Shown here: piece by piece, positions 12,801 through 25,640 of the stretch
Layout: each line of letters opens with the position of its first letter
Position numbering within the stretch: the first letter of the stretch is position 1
Assembly: GCF_009834535.1 (NCBI RefSeq)
Contig: NC_045696.1
Span: forward strand, 20,524,001 to 20,588,000
Source: Camelus ferus
Taxonomy: Eukaryota
Direction of reading: 5' to 3'
DNA length: 64,000 nucleotides
Notes under the pieces: generated by a model
What the model saw: only the letters and a program-made list of their open reading frames with translations
The model's database searches: none
Told to the model about the DNA's origin: nothing
Made by a program: the position numbers and the translations under genes

Positions 12801-13734
12801 CATAAAATTTGTAGGAATTGTTTTTAGTAGAATTTATGCAGAGTTAGAAAAAACAGTATAATATTTTCTTAAAGTGGTGATGATAATCAACTTTTAAAAT
12901 TAATTGTCCTCAAAAAATATGCTTGAAATATTAACAGAATTTATTAATGAATGTTTTGTGGTTGCCATTACTAAGAGTGATAGGTCATTTATTGAGTTAA
13001 CAAAAAGACTTTCCATATTCATGTTTATTGAGACACTGCATACACACACAACACGCATACACACATTTAGACTGAATAATATATTCAATTAAAATATATA
13101 TCTGTAGATCTCTGGCACAAAGATATAGCACAGTTTATAAAATAAAATATCCATAAAACTTCCAAGAAAAAATCATGTATCTACTTAAAGTTATATTTGT
13201 GTGGGTATAACACTCAAAATTTACTTAGAATTTATCGTAAAAACATTCTTGATTATCCGTAAAACTGGGAAATTAAATTTTCTGTATCATTCAATCTTCA
13301 AGTTGTTCATTAACGTAACAAAGATCTATCAATGTGCCTTTGTTAATGTCCAGGATAAAACAATAATTAAAGCAAATGAGTAAAGATGCCAAGAATACAA
13401 TTACTCATTTCCCAAAAAAGCAACTCATAGCAAGAGAATGAAACCTTGAGCTGTTTCTCACTGTAGTCATTCTGAATCATGGATCATGCTGAAATGAACT
13501 TTAAAATTTACACAAGGATTCTTCTTGGGTACTTTGCATGTATGTGACTAGTAGTTGGCAATGAAAGCCTGAATCACTCTGATGCTGTTCCAAGATGACC
13601 CCTGGGATAAAAGTAGACACACTGGTATGTCAGAGTCTACTTGGTTGCTGTGACTACAGCAAACTTGACAGTGGATAGAACACCATGTAAGCAGAAGTTT
13701 GTGTAATCAGAATGATACAGAAGGTGAATACTGA

Positions 13735-14300
13735 CATGATACAGTGGGCTCACATCACTTATGATTCACAGCTAGGAAGATGTATATATATGGCAAGCCT
13801 TGTACCATATTCACAGGGAAGTGTATTTAGGAGTTCAATATGCTGAACCTAAACTATCCAGAGGATAGACTACTTCTAAATGTGTTTACAATTTTCTTGA
13901 ATTGCACAAACTAAAAGTATTGGCGGCAACAGCATTTGATATAAGCTGAATAGATACCTATTTGACCAATTGAGAGTGCAAAAGGGCACTTTGGACCCAT
14001 TTGGACTGTTGGTTTTCCTTAAACCTCATGTCAGATAATAAGAGAGAGAGAGAAAAAAATTAACCTAATCTGAGACATTGGAGTGACAGTTTATTCTTCC
14101 AGAATACTGACCACACTCAGAAATTGGCATAGACAATGATAAAGCAATGTGGAAATGGAATATGTATATTGCTAAACTGGTAGAGCACCCTGCTAGCCCA
14201 TACCTCTACAGGAGGTCAGGGGACTCACGAAGAACCCATTGGGACATTGTTTGCAATGGAAATTGATGTATTTAAATGGTCAATGACTAGGTGTGCTGGA
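13735..14300 (+). mobile_element. Highly decayed ERVL-class integrase remnant
   Basis: Short ordered peptides IQWAH (13739-13753), QFILP..HS.IG (~14087-14128) and GQGTH (14214-14228) resemble the ERVL integrase motifs AQWAHE, RFVLTGIDTYSG and DQGTHF. Confidence 0.5.
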
Positions 14301-14573
14301 GGCTTACATCTATGGGAACATTATGACCAGTCTAAACTGTGATGTTTGATCTTACAGTAACCGACTCAAAGTGCCACAAGTTAAAATTAACATGTATACT
14401 ACATAGCTCAATTAGTAAGGATGAGAGAAATTAGGTATCATCATTGTGTTATGCTCATGGGAGAGAAATGGCCTTATGATCCAACATGATACTAGGAAGC
14501 CTGTATTGGTAAAAACTTGTTATTTAGTTGTTGGATAAGGTTAGGCCTTTCACTAGATTGAGTTCAGTGTTTT

Positions 14574-14575
<2 letters not shown>

Positions 14576-14616
<41 letters not shown>
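14576..14616. repeat. (GT)n microsatellite
   Basis: About 20 perfect GT units. Confidence 0.98.
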
Positions 14617-14617
<1 letters not shown>

Positions 14618-15434
14618 ATGCCTTGACCTTTAGCACCCTACCTAGTGATAGAAAATATATAATATGTAAGGAAATGATATTTTTTGTTGGGAAGGTGGAG
14701 GAAATGATCTGGTGATCTTTGGCATTTTACCATGTCTATATTTTTGTGCATCAAATAATGGTATAGATACGGTTGCAATTAAAATTATAAAAAGAAACAT
14801 CCAGGAAATGCATGCGAAAAAGTATTGTGGTTGGTTTGACACATATTTGATTAAATGGATGAGTAATTTGAGAGTAATCACTTCCCCAGCATCAGGGATA
14901 TATGAAGATCTGACTCTTTGACTAACTCTTTGTGTGACTAAGTCAAAGAATGTATAATTATCCAAAATAAATAAGGTATCTGCTAGATTTGCTAAATACT
15001 GAGCAGTTATTCAAGCATACTGTACTTGGTTCTAGAAATATTATATTATGTAAACTGTGATTAGTATAATCAATGTTAGTAATTGTTATAATTTATCTAT
15101 CTAACCTATAATCAATGATAAACATCAAAAAAATGAGAGTTAGTTACATACTCCTGAGAATGCTATGTGACTAGAAAGGTATAAGCTGAATAGATCCCAA
15201 AGTAAAGACTTAATTTGAGTTGAATTGGTCCATACTCACTCAGTGGAATGGTTAGGAGAACTAGAAGCCATATCTGATATTAAAATACCTAAGCTAGGCT
15301 GTGATTGGACACAATGTGTCACTTGTCATGTATCGTTTCTTAAAAGTAGGTAAATTTGGTCCAGAGTGAAGTTCACTGGGCCTATGAGTTATATTGTCAA
15401 TCTAAGACCCCCTTTATTAGTATCTGTACTCTTT

Positions 15435-15555
15435 GTCTTATAATCACTTTATGGATGAAGAAAATAAATTTTAGAAAAAATAAATATCTTATCCAAGTTT
15501 GCACACTCCTAAAATGTCAGAAACTTGGTTTTACACCTAAGAACTTTTGGCTTCA
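15435..15555 (-). mobile_element. MIR SINE fragment
   Basis: ACTTTATGGATGAAGAAAATAAA...TCTTATCCAAGTTTGCACAC...TGTCAGAAACTTGG resembles the MIR core. Confidence 0.6.
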
Positions 15556-16159
15556 ATATAAGTGTTTTCAACTTGAGAATCCAAGAAGTTGTTAGGAGTT
15601 TGACATCTAATTACTGTAACAGAAACAACAAAACAAAACAAAAATATATTACAGATATCTCCAATAGATGAATGGCTTTTCCTATCACAGATTCCTACAC
15701 GTTTTGCACAGTATTGTATAATGCATTCCTTCACTAAATGGGAGATGGAACAAGGTACTATTTAAGGCTTTTTAAAAAAGAAATAAAGGAAGATTCAGAT
15801 GGAGTGAGAGTAGTTTTTTTAATCCACAGGGAAAAACTATGTAGTACATGAAATCCTACAGTTAGGATTAGGTTTAGAATTAAAATATATATATGTATGA
15901 TGGTATAACAATAGCATGTTTCTTTTTATGTCTCTATTGTATAGAGGTTTAGGTTGAAGAAAATCCTTAAATTACTTTAGGACAATGGTGACACATCTCT
16001 TTGTCAAATGCCAATTAGGTCCTATCGAGCTTACCATCACTTCTTTATTAAAAAAGCACACAGGCAACTAGATATAAAATGAATAAAAGAGAATATTATA
16101 TTTATTTATCACCAAATACGTGCCAGGAATTGTAAGCTGTTGTTAAAATTTGGTGAATT

Positions 16160-17145
16160 CTACCCCATCTCCAATTACCTCACCTATAAAGTAAGCAGAT
16201 GAACCTTGGAGATTGATTGTGGGTTTTCATAGTCAGAAGGTTAAGTGACTCCAGATTAAGCTGCTGTTCCAAGTGTGGTATATGCTCTGAAGCAAGTCAA
16301 CAAAACCTTGTGGCTCTTGATTTAGCAAATGCTTTGATCTCTATAGTGACTTGGAAGAATGACCGTAAACAGTTGACTCTTACGGGCAGACAACAGTATT
16401 CCTTCAATTTCACACCTCAGTGTTACATCAATTCTGCAGTCTGCCATAGGCTAGCCTGCTCAAAGTTTGATCTTCTTGGTATCCTGCAGAATATCACACT
16501 ATGTTACTACTTTATTGACCCTGGACCTGATGAGAGAAAAGATAAAAAAGTAACTTAGAGCTTTGGTAACATATGTTATGTTAGAGGTTGAAAGAGAAAT
16601 CACACAAGAATTTCAGGGACCCAGGCTCTTAGTAAAAGTTGCTAGTGGTCCTATGGTCAACAGCATGTCAGGATATCACCTCTAAAGCCCAGGAAGAATT
16701 GCTGCACTTTGCATTGCCTGTCATTAATATAGAAACATGGCACTCAGTGGGCCTTTTTGGATTTTGGAGGCAACATCCCACGTTCGACTGAACTACTCCA
16801 GCACATTTCCTGGGTGACCAGGAAGGCTGCTATCTTGAGTACGACCTAGAGCAAGGGAAGCTCTGCAGTGGGTCCAGAAGCTACAGGGAGCTACCTTAAC
16901 CTTGTAAGGTATAAAACAGATGAACAAAAAACACAAAGGATTTGTAACAAACAGAAATGCTCTACTGAGTCCTAAAGAATTTTATGAGTGATTTGACTTT
17001 AAAAAACCCTAGGGCTTGCCTTCTTCTATAGATAACTATTACTCTTTTCGAGAAAGAGTACCTAGGATGATCTTGGGATCTAGTAGAAAATGAAAATAGG
17101 ATGAACATGCAACCTGAGTTGTTCATTATGAACTGAGTACTGACC
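16160..17145 (+). mobile_element. ERVL (class III ERV) pol fossil: reverse transcriptase, connection and RNase H, frameshifted
   Basis: ORF 16217-16558 contains LDLANAL.SI...KQL...QQYSF...PQCYINSAVCH...QNITL, matching ERVL RT IDLANAFFSI...QQYTF...PQGYINSPALCH...QDITL. 16663-16776 encodes ACQDITSKAQEELLHFALPVINIETWHSVGLFGFWRQH. ~17015-17140 gives LPSS.DNY and MQPELFIMN*VL (ERVL RNase H). The YxDD motif is destroyed. Confidence 0.92.
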
Positions 17146-17834
17146 ATAAGCTTGTTATTGGACTGATCTTGCCATTGCTTGTGAAAAAGGCTGTGAAAAG
17201 TATTTCTCTTGAAAGAAAGAAGGAGCAAGTACAGTAGGGTTGTTTGTGGTGCTGTAATGTGCTGAATAAACGGTCTGGTTAAATAAGGAAATATGTGTGA
17301 AAGTGCTTATTATATGACATGTGCATAATTTAAAATAATTTAATCAATTTCACTTTCCTACAATTCTAGCCTGTTACTTCCTGATTTAAATATATATTTG
17401 TAAACTATATATCAAGACTATTCCTTATCACAGGATATTTCACTATGTGTTTATAATGGGTAGCTCATAATATTGTAGTATAAAATAGAATGCAGTTAAG
17501 ATAAGCACTCATAAAAGCACTGCTCATCATCATATTAGATTATAATATGTTATTTTTAATTTTGTATTTAGTTTTCACTGTAAAACACAATTACAGTGGT
17601 ACTGCTTGCATAGCGAGAATAAAATATGTGCTGGTATTTTAATTTCATAATTTTGAAATAATAAAAAAGGCCATTCCTATACCTTATAGGAGATCAAGAA
17701 ATATATGGCTTTAGATTTTAAGCAAAGTATGTTCTTTTTTTTCCCCAGAAAGGATAAGATTCTACTTAGATGTCCAGGCATAGATTATATATATATGTGA
17801 GATAAAACTAATTGTGGAAGTAATGTAGTTTAAT

Positions 17835-17940
17835 TTCTTCATTATATCAATGAGGAAACTAAAACAAGAGCATTAAAGGCCTCACCCAGTTCATACAGTT
17901 AAATTATGCAGAACTGAGTCAAAGTCATGTTTCTAAGCCC
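17835..17940 (-). mobile_element. MIR SINE fragment
   Basis: AATGAGGAAACTAAAACAAGAGCATTAAAGGCCTCACCCAGTTCATACAG matches the MIR core. Confidence 0.65.
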
Positions 17941-18862
17941 ATTGCAAATGAACCTTCAACAACTCATGATACACCATAAAAATTTTACTTTTTTTCTGTT
18001 AATTCAATGTTTCTAAAAACTTCAAACAATTTATATCAAAATTTATTTTAAAAATTGAGTAGTTTTGAGAGTGATAATTTTTATTATTTTCTTCTACTGA
18101 GCTAATCAGTGTTTCCAGCTAAACATGGTATGAAATGATTTGTGTTTTAAGACAGAATATACAATTTTAACAACTCAGTAGTTATTTATAGAATATGTAT
18201 TATTTGCTTTTTATGCTCAGGGCTGAATGGAACTATGGTCTTGTCATTACAGGCATATGAAATCTAGCTATTGTGAACACATGGAAGAAAACAAACAAAA
18301 GTGTTAAATAACAATATGAATAATTATAATAATTCATTATGGTTTGGAAAAAAATAGAGAAGCTCAAAAAATATGCCTGCCTTAGGAGGAGGTATAAGGT
18401 TTAGAGAGATTGAAGGGTTAAAGATTTCTAGAAAAAGTTTCTAGCATTACTTTGCATATGAACATATGGCTTCCCACAAAATATTATTTATTTTCCATTA
18501 GAATTTATTCTTCTCAAGGGAATAATTATTTCAGACATGAAAATAAATAGAGGCAATTCACTAAATATAAATAAACCCAAGGTAAATATATTGCTAGCAA
18601 TAATTTATTTAATAATAGCACATTTTGTGCCATCTGCTTTATTCCAGTTTTCCCTCTTCCCTCTGTCACAAAAATGTGAGAATTTCTAATAACATTTATG
18701 TTTTTGTTTCCTTATCTTGAAGAAGAGCATGATTACATGTGTATGTTAGGACAGACACCATCATTAAATAGTTGTGTTATTGGACAAGTTTCTTGTGTTC
18801 TTCTTGATTCATTTCCTTATTTGTAAACTAAATGTTTTAAAGTAAAATGATTGCCAAAGTAC

Positions 18863-19205
18863 TGTGGTAGATGTAATATTGACCCCAAATATTTTTATTT
18901 CCTTCGTCTCATGGCCCACTCTGTGGGGGGATTGCATTCATCCATCATAGTGAGCTTGGGAGACCCATATGACATGTAACAGCTTTAACACCAGCATGTG
19001 ATTCTCCATCTCTCTTTTCTATTTGTAAGCTGTCCAGAGAGACACTGCCCTGTCATCTGCATTCTGGAATGTGAATGACATGGAGCAGATCTATAGCCAA
19101 TCTATAACTGACAAGATCATGAGCGAGGAATAAAACTTCATTGGAGTGACTAAAGATTTTAAGGACATTTTTTATAGTAGCAGAACTTGTAACTTAGCTG
19201 ATACA
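18863..19205 (+). mobile_element. MaLR solo LTR (old MLT1I/J-like)
   Basis: TG start (TGTGGTAGATG) and CA end (GCTGATACA). Internal GCTTTAACACCAGCATGTGATTCTCCATCTCTCTTT, ATGGAGCAGA and ATGAGCGAGGAATAAAAC are typical of MLT1. Confidence 0.75.
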
Positions 19206-20689
19206 GCCACCCTTACTTAATAAGTGCATAGTGATGCCTACTATTCAAACTTTACACCTTTACTTGTAAATGTATCAGTGATGCTTTCTATGTTGATACG
19301 TAAACATAAGTGTAGTCAAAATAATAGATACTTTTTACTTAATTATGATTCTGGAAATGCTGGGAAGGCCATCAATCTTAAAATAAATTTACAACAAAAC
19401 AGAGATGACTCCTAATACACTTGCAGATTCTTGGAAATTAGTAAGTCAACTTTTCTCCATTACATACAAAATTTCTTTAAGGGAAAAAAGGCACTTCATT
19501 CTAAACATAGATAGACATAGTTATGAATTCATCATATTCTTTTTGGAAGAGTATGGTTTAGTGGTGGAAATATGTAACAGCTCAGTGAAAGTAGGAACCT
19601 CCTACCACAGGAAAAAGATGGTGCACGTGAGCACCAGTTGCTAAATATTGGCTTTGCCTACTGTATACTTATGCCGTGATTTTTCTAAACAATATCTTTT
19701 TTTTCCCTTCTGCATTTGAAAAACAAGACTACTCCTGTTATGAGAGAAACGTTTTGAACATTATGTGATTCATATCCACCTTAAAGTTCTTTTACAAAAA
19801 GAAGTCACATAATCACTACTATATTGTTAAGCTGAAGTTCTTATTCTTTTAATATCTGAAATTATCAAGGATAGCAAAAATGTTTTGAGTTTGTTTTTAG
19901 ACTATTTAGAAAAAAGTGTTATGGATTTGATATAATTTTTTCAGTATACTGAAAATGTAAGTTTTTTGCTTTTCGTTTTTTATTTTTTTAACAAGTACCT
20001 AAGAGCTTTTTCAAATTATTTCAGTTTGCGGTATCTTACTTCTCTTGCTTGGAGAGCAACATTAAATAAATAGGGAGATATTCTTCAGCTTGGAAAATCA
20101 TGCTTCTTTATCTCATTTTTCATCGTAAGTGTGAAAGGATTTAATACATTTTAAACAATTATTCATTAAATTTTGTTACAGAGTGTATTTTCATATGTTG
20201 TATAACCCAAAGTCCCCGAGGAATGGAATTTTCCGTGGAAAATAATGAAGTGCTAAGGCTGCATTGATTCTTTTTACTGTTAGTTTCCCTTAATGGCAGA
20301 GACTATGCCCTGTGCTCCATCCTGACAAAGTAGAACTCAAACTCTGTCATTTTGAGTGACGCAAAAAACATTGAAAAGATTGGAAATTTGATAAGGGTGA
20401 AATAAAATATGGGTCTTGGCAGCTTTTCATTATTATGAAATTGACTTCAAGAAGATTAATGCTTTTAGGTGTTATTTTAAATTATGTCAATTACATTGGT
20501 GATGATGATTCTATGCTAATACATCTATTTTATTGAGAGAATTTACTCCATGAGTCAGAATACCTCAATTAATTTTAAATAACTGTCATTTAGATGTTTA
20601 AAGGGATGACAGTTTTCAGTCAGACCTAGTGTTCTTATCTTAAATCTGAAGGCAGAGATAGCAACTAGATTTCACTGCACTCTTTCCAT

Positions 20690-20860
20690 GTCACATACAC
20701 TATAAATGCTCTACGTCATCTGTTTAAATATTACAACAACCCTATGAGGTAGGAAACTTCATTATTCTTAGCTTATAGATGAGAAAGCATAACTCAGAGA
20801 TTAATTACCTTTCTCAAAGCTACACCAGGAGCACGCCACAGAACTCGGTCTCAAACAGGT
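20690..20860 (-). mobile_element. MIR SINE
   Basis: ACAACAACCCTATGAGGTAGG...TTATAGATGAGAAAGCATAACTCAGAGATTAATTACC. Confidence 0.8.
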
Positions 20861-20999
20861 CTGAGAAAAGCAGCAACAACAAAGCCTGGGCCCCACTGAA
20901 TGTTATGTTTATGCTACCTCCCAGTTTACTGAAGGGAACATTTGCAAAGGTAACTGGATCACAGTTTTATTGTTGTTGTTTAGTTTATGCTTAAGTATT

Positions 21000-21180
21000 A
21001 TTTTCAACAAGATACAAAAATCAATAATGTGCACAAATCTTATGTTTAGTTTGATAAATTTTATAAATGTAAGAACATAATGTTACTGTAGCTACCACCC
21101 AGATCAAGATCCAGAATATTGTCATCAATAAGGCCAATCACACCCAATCCCAATCAATACCATATTTTGACATGTTTTCA
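21000..21180 (-). mobile_element. Old L1 (L1ME-like) 3' end fragment
   Basis: GTGCACAAATCTTA...TTTGATAAATTTT...GTAGCTACCACCCAGATCAAGATCCAGAATATT. Confidence 0.7.
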
Positions 21181-21846
21181 CATACATCACACATGCCAAC
21201 CTCAAAATAGTCTATTTTCTACAGGATTTCCATTTATAATATATTTGCTTAACATATTAAAAAAAAGAAGCATTGCCCATACCAAGAATAACAGGAAATT
21301 GGCAGTCCGGCTATATGTGAATGGGTGGTTATCTCTGATGACCTCTGGCAAACTATCAGAACAGAGGATTAGTAACACAAGTAGGAGAAATTCTATTTCC
21401 AGGACATGTTCAGGAAATGCTGGGGTCATTAGGATATCTTACAATGGCATCATATGTTAATGTCAGTATTTCCTTGTTTCTTAATTAAGATTATTGAGAG
21501 ATTTATTAAGAATTAACACAAGCAATAGTGTATAAAAAATATGGTTCAAATATGTGAAGGACATGGTGCCTGGGATTTAAGCCCAATGGATACACAATTT
21601 TAATACAAAACTCTGAATCAAGTGGTAGCAGTAGTACTACTGGGAAATCAGAGAAGAGGAAATTGTGTGTGCATGAAATGAACAGAGGTACTTAAATATT
21701 TTAAATTCTGTGGCAGTGTCCCCATTTTGCAGACTCTTAGGATATTCTAAGATTTATATGAGAAAGAGTCATGTGATTATAATTTTATAAGAAAAAAACA
21801 AAACTTTAATGAAATTTTACTAATAAAATATTACCAATAACAATAT

Positions 21847-22748
21847 TTTAATTGAAGTATAGTTGATTTACAATACTATATTAGTTTCATGTGTACAACA
21901 TAGTGATTCAGTATTTTAATAGATTATACTCCATTTAAATTTATTAGAAAATAATGGCTATATTTCCCTCTGCTGTACAACACATCCCTGTTGCTTCTCT
22001 ATTTTATACATAGTAGTTTGTATCCCTTAATCCCATACCCCTATTTTGCCCCTCCCCTCTTCACTTTTCCCTCTGGTAACCGTTAGTTTTTTTGTTTTTT
22101 TTTTTTTTCTGTATCTGTGAGTCTGTCTCTGTTTTGTTATATACATTTGTTTGTTTTATTTTTTAGATTCTACATAAAACGATAATATACATTATTTATT
22201 TTTCTCTGACTTATTTCATTAAGCATATATTCTCTCAGTCCATCCACTTAGTTGCAAATGGCAGAATTTCATTTTTTGTGACTGAGTAATATTCCATTGT
22301 ATATATTTACCACATTTTCTTTATGCATTTATCTGTTTATGGGCAATTAGGTTGCTTCTATATCTTGGCTTTTGTAAATAACACTGCTACGAACATGGAA
22401 GTGCATGTATCTTTTCGAATTAGTGGTTCTGGATTTTTTTTGCATATGTACCCAGGAGTGGAATTCCTGGAGCATATGGTAGTTATATTTTCGTTCTTTG
22501 ACATTTTTCAAAGGAGACATACAGATGGCTAACAGGCATATGAAAAGATGCTCAACATTGCTAATCATTTGAGAAATGCAAATTAAAACTACAATGAGGT
22601 ATCACCTCACACCTATCAGAATGGCTGTCATCAAAAAGTCTACAAATAAGAAATGTTGGAGAGAATGAGAAGAAAAGGGACTACTTATACACTGTTAGTG
22701 GGAATGTAAATTGGTGCAGTCCCTACAGAAAAGAGTTCAGAGGTTCCT
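21847..22748 (-). mobile_element. 5'-truncated L1 with 5' inversion (3' part on - strand 21847-22500; inverted ORF2 piece on + strand 22500-22748)
   Basis: Minus piece: L1 3'UTR and ORF2 C-terminus (LPYAPGIPLLG, RKDTCTSMFVAVLFTKAK). Plus piece: [51 protein letters not shown](A/T)ATAT at 21835-21846 and 22749-22760. Confidence 0.92.
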
Positions 22749-23634
22749 CAATAACTATATGTAGGTACAATGTGAAGCTGAAAATACAGTATAGTGAGCT
22801 TTTTTAAAAAGATAGGCTTTACATCTCAAAGGAAAACTGTGGTGGATTTTTAGTGTCACTACTTTTATTTAAAAAAAAATCTTCTAAAGAAATTATCTTG
22901 AACAGGGTAGCTTCTTTAGCTAGAAACAAAGCAGAAAAACACATACACAAAATTAATGGTCTTTTTTCCATTCCCATTTAGTGTAAGTTATGAAATGTTT
23001 GCAGAAAGCTTTTGCTTAAGTATTTAAGAAAATGATCTAGCTTTTTATTAAGAGTTAAACTTTTATTTATGTTTTTCATTTGTTTGTTTTGTTCTTAGGT
23101 TTGCCTAGGGACTTGATTAATCACCTAAAAAAGAAGAGATACACATTTTATTTTTATTTAGCTTTATATTAGTGTATCATATTAAAGATAAAATGAGATC
23201 CCCCAAAAAAATTCCCTCAAAATATCAGAAACCCCAGACCTGAGAGGCAAGCTAATTTCAGCATTAATTTCAGTGAGAAGGAGAAAGTTAGATTTAGACA
23301 GGGTGGCAGTACTGCTGAGCAACAGTGAGGGAACGGGAGACGGCAAGAGTACATGGAACACAGCAAGAAACAAGCGTCCTTTGTGTACACTTTGCTATGC
23401 TCTCATTTACTCATATTGTCTCAGAACTACAACAACTCTATCCAAATCCAGCTTCCTGTCTGTTACTTAGGTTAAGTGATCCAACTTTAAATTCATGATC
23501 AAGAACCTCATATAGGCACTATCTAAGCACTCTTAATTTTCTCATTAAGTCCCTTGGCTTTAAGTCTTCTGTGTGTACAATAATTTGTAAATTATATTTT
23601 TCATTCAAACTTTTCTAAATGTCAAACTTAAATA

Positions 23635-25097
23635 TACCAGACCTCTCCACTTAAAATTTTCTAACTTAGCATGTTTAAAGTTGAACTGGTTATTTCATCC
23701 ATGAGAGAAAGCTTAATCCCTCCAGAACTTTCTAATTGAAATTAATGGCAACCAAAAAAAAACAATAATAAACACAATAAACAGCAACATACTAATATCT
23801 CCTTATTTCTTACCCTCCTCGTTGAATTCATCAGGAAATACTATTTTCTCAGTCTTCAACATGTATTCTTAATCCGGCCACTTACCAACACACCCACAGC
23901 TACCATCTTGGGGAAAACACCGTATCTTCTCTCCTTGATTGCTTTAACCCCTCTATATCAGTTGTCTCTAGTTTCTCACTCTGCTTTACTAGAATATAAT
24001 CTTGACACAGAATCCAGAGTCATTATTTAACTTGTTATATAATTTCACCGTCTCCTCAAAATGTTACAACTTCTTATAGTCCCAGAGTCCTTACAATGCC
24101 CTAAAGGTGCTGTAGGTTTTAATACCCTCCCTCTGGGCACTCTGACCTCACCTCCCGTGATTCTCTTCATTTTTCCTGCTTCAGACACATTGGCTCCCCA
24201 CTTTGATTGTTGTTAAAATTCTAGCCCTTACCCTGCTGGCCTTTTCCCTTCCTGATACCTCTGTCTGCCTAATTTGAGACAGCCCCCCGATATCAATATG
24301 GTTAATTTCTTTACCTCATGTAATCCTATTCTCAAACGCCATCTACACAGGAAGTCCCATCCTAATGATTCTCTTTCATTCTGTAGAGCGCTCCTTCCCC
24401 TCCCCCACCAGGGGACTCAGTGCCCTCCTTATTTATTTTACCACCCCCTCAGCGTTTATCACTTTCTCACTCTCTCACCCACTATGTGATTTTCTTAGTA
24501 AATATGTTACTTTGTGTCTGTGTTTGCTTATCAACTCTCTTCTTATTAAAATAAAAGAAATCCATAAAAAGAATGAAATCTTTCCATTTGCAACATCAAA
24601 GATGCTTAGTGAAATAAGTTAGATGGAGAAAGACAAATACTGGATATTTTCACTTATATGTAGAATCTAAAGACCAAAACAAATGAACAAATACAACAAA
24701 ACAGAAACAGACTCACAGATACAGAGAACAAACTAGTGGCTAAAGGAGAGGGGTGTTGGGACGATGAACAAAATAGGTGAAGGAGATTTAGAGGTACATA
24801 TTAGTTATAATAGACATAAATTGTATGTCACAGGGATGTAATGTACAGCACAAGGAATAGAATCAATAACATTAGAACTCTGTATGCTATAAAATCTATA
24901 AAGATGTGAAATCACTATGCTGTACACCTGAAACCAATATAATATTGTAAGTCAGCTATACTTCAATAAATTTATTTAAGTTCAAAAATAACATAACATA
25001 AAATAAAAGATATCCTTATATGTTTTACTGCTGATGTAGAAAAGTGCCCAACATTTGATGGATGATCAATAAATATTTGTACACTGAATAGAATGAA
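23635..25097 (+). mobile_element. L2 LINE 3' region, interrupted by an L1
   Basis: AACTTAGCATGTTTAAAGTTGAACT, CACAGAATCCAGAGT and GAGTCCTTACAATGCCCTAAAGG. The L2 tail ATCAATAAATATTTGT..TGAATAGAATGAA resumes after the L1. Confidence 0.8.
24564..24998 (+). mobile_element. 5'-truncated L1 3' end
   Basis: ATAAAAAGAATGAAATCTTTCCATTTGCAACA...ACAGACTCACAGATACAGAGAACAAACTAGTGG...TGTACACCTGAAACCAATATAATATTGTAAGTCAGCTATACTTCAATAAA. 17-bp TSD TAAAATAAAAGA(A/T)ATCC at 24547-24563 and 24999-25015. Confidence 0.92.
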
Positions 25098-25184
25098 CAT
25101 AGCTAAGTATTGTTTTTTCAAAAACTGTGTGATTGATGAATAAAGAGATTTCTTAGCATAACATCAGCAACACACTTTCACATA

Positions 25185-25640
25185 TTGTAGCTCCTAAATA
25201 TATCTTCAATCCGTCTGCTTTCTCATCTCTGTTAACTCAATCTTGGTGCAAGGTAGCATCATTTTTCATCTGGATTACTTGCAATAGTCTTCTATTGGTA
25301 TTCATTCTTTTACTTTTGCAACTAAAATAATTTGAAAGCCTACTTCAGATTTTGCCATTCTTTGACTTAAAGCCTTTTAATAAGGTCCCCACTCCAAACT
25401 GCAAAAACATTTACACTCCTAAATATCATGGCCAACATAACGTGGCCCCTGACTAACTCACCCATCTCCCCTCAATCACAATCTTCCCCATTCCACTAAA
25501 CCTTATGATTCAGATGCGCCCACATCTTTGCTGTTTTAATGTACCAGACATTTTTCTCTCTGAAGTCCCTTGTGCTTCCTGTTTTTGCTTTGTGTAGTAC
25601 ATATCTCCCAAGTTCCTCTCTGATTGACTTTATATTTTTA
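25185..25640 (+). mobile_element. L2 LINE fragment
   Basis: CTCCTAAATATATCTTCAATCCGTCTGCTTTCTC, ATCTGGATTACTTGCAATAGTCTTCTATTGG and CCCTTGTGCTTCCTGTT. Confidence 0.7.

Noticed and set aside
16217..16558. 113-aa ORF as a functional reverse transcriptase or domesticated gene
   Set aside because: Fragment of a frameshifted ERVL pol; the catalytic YxDD is lost and flanking frames carry stops.
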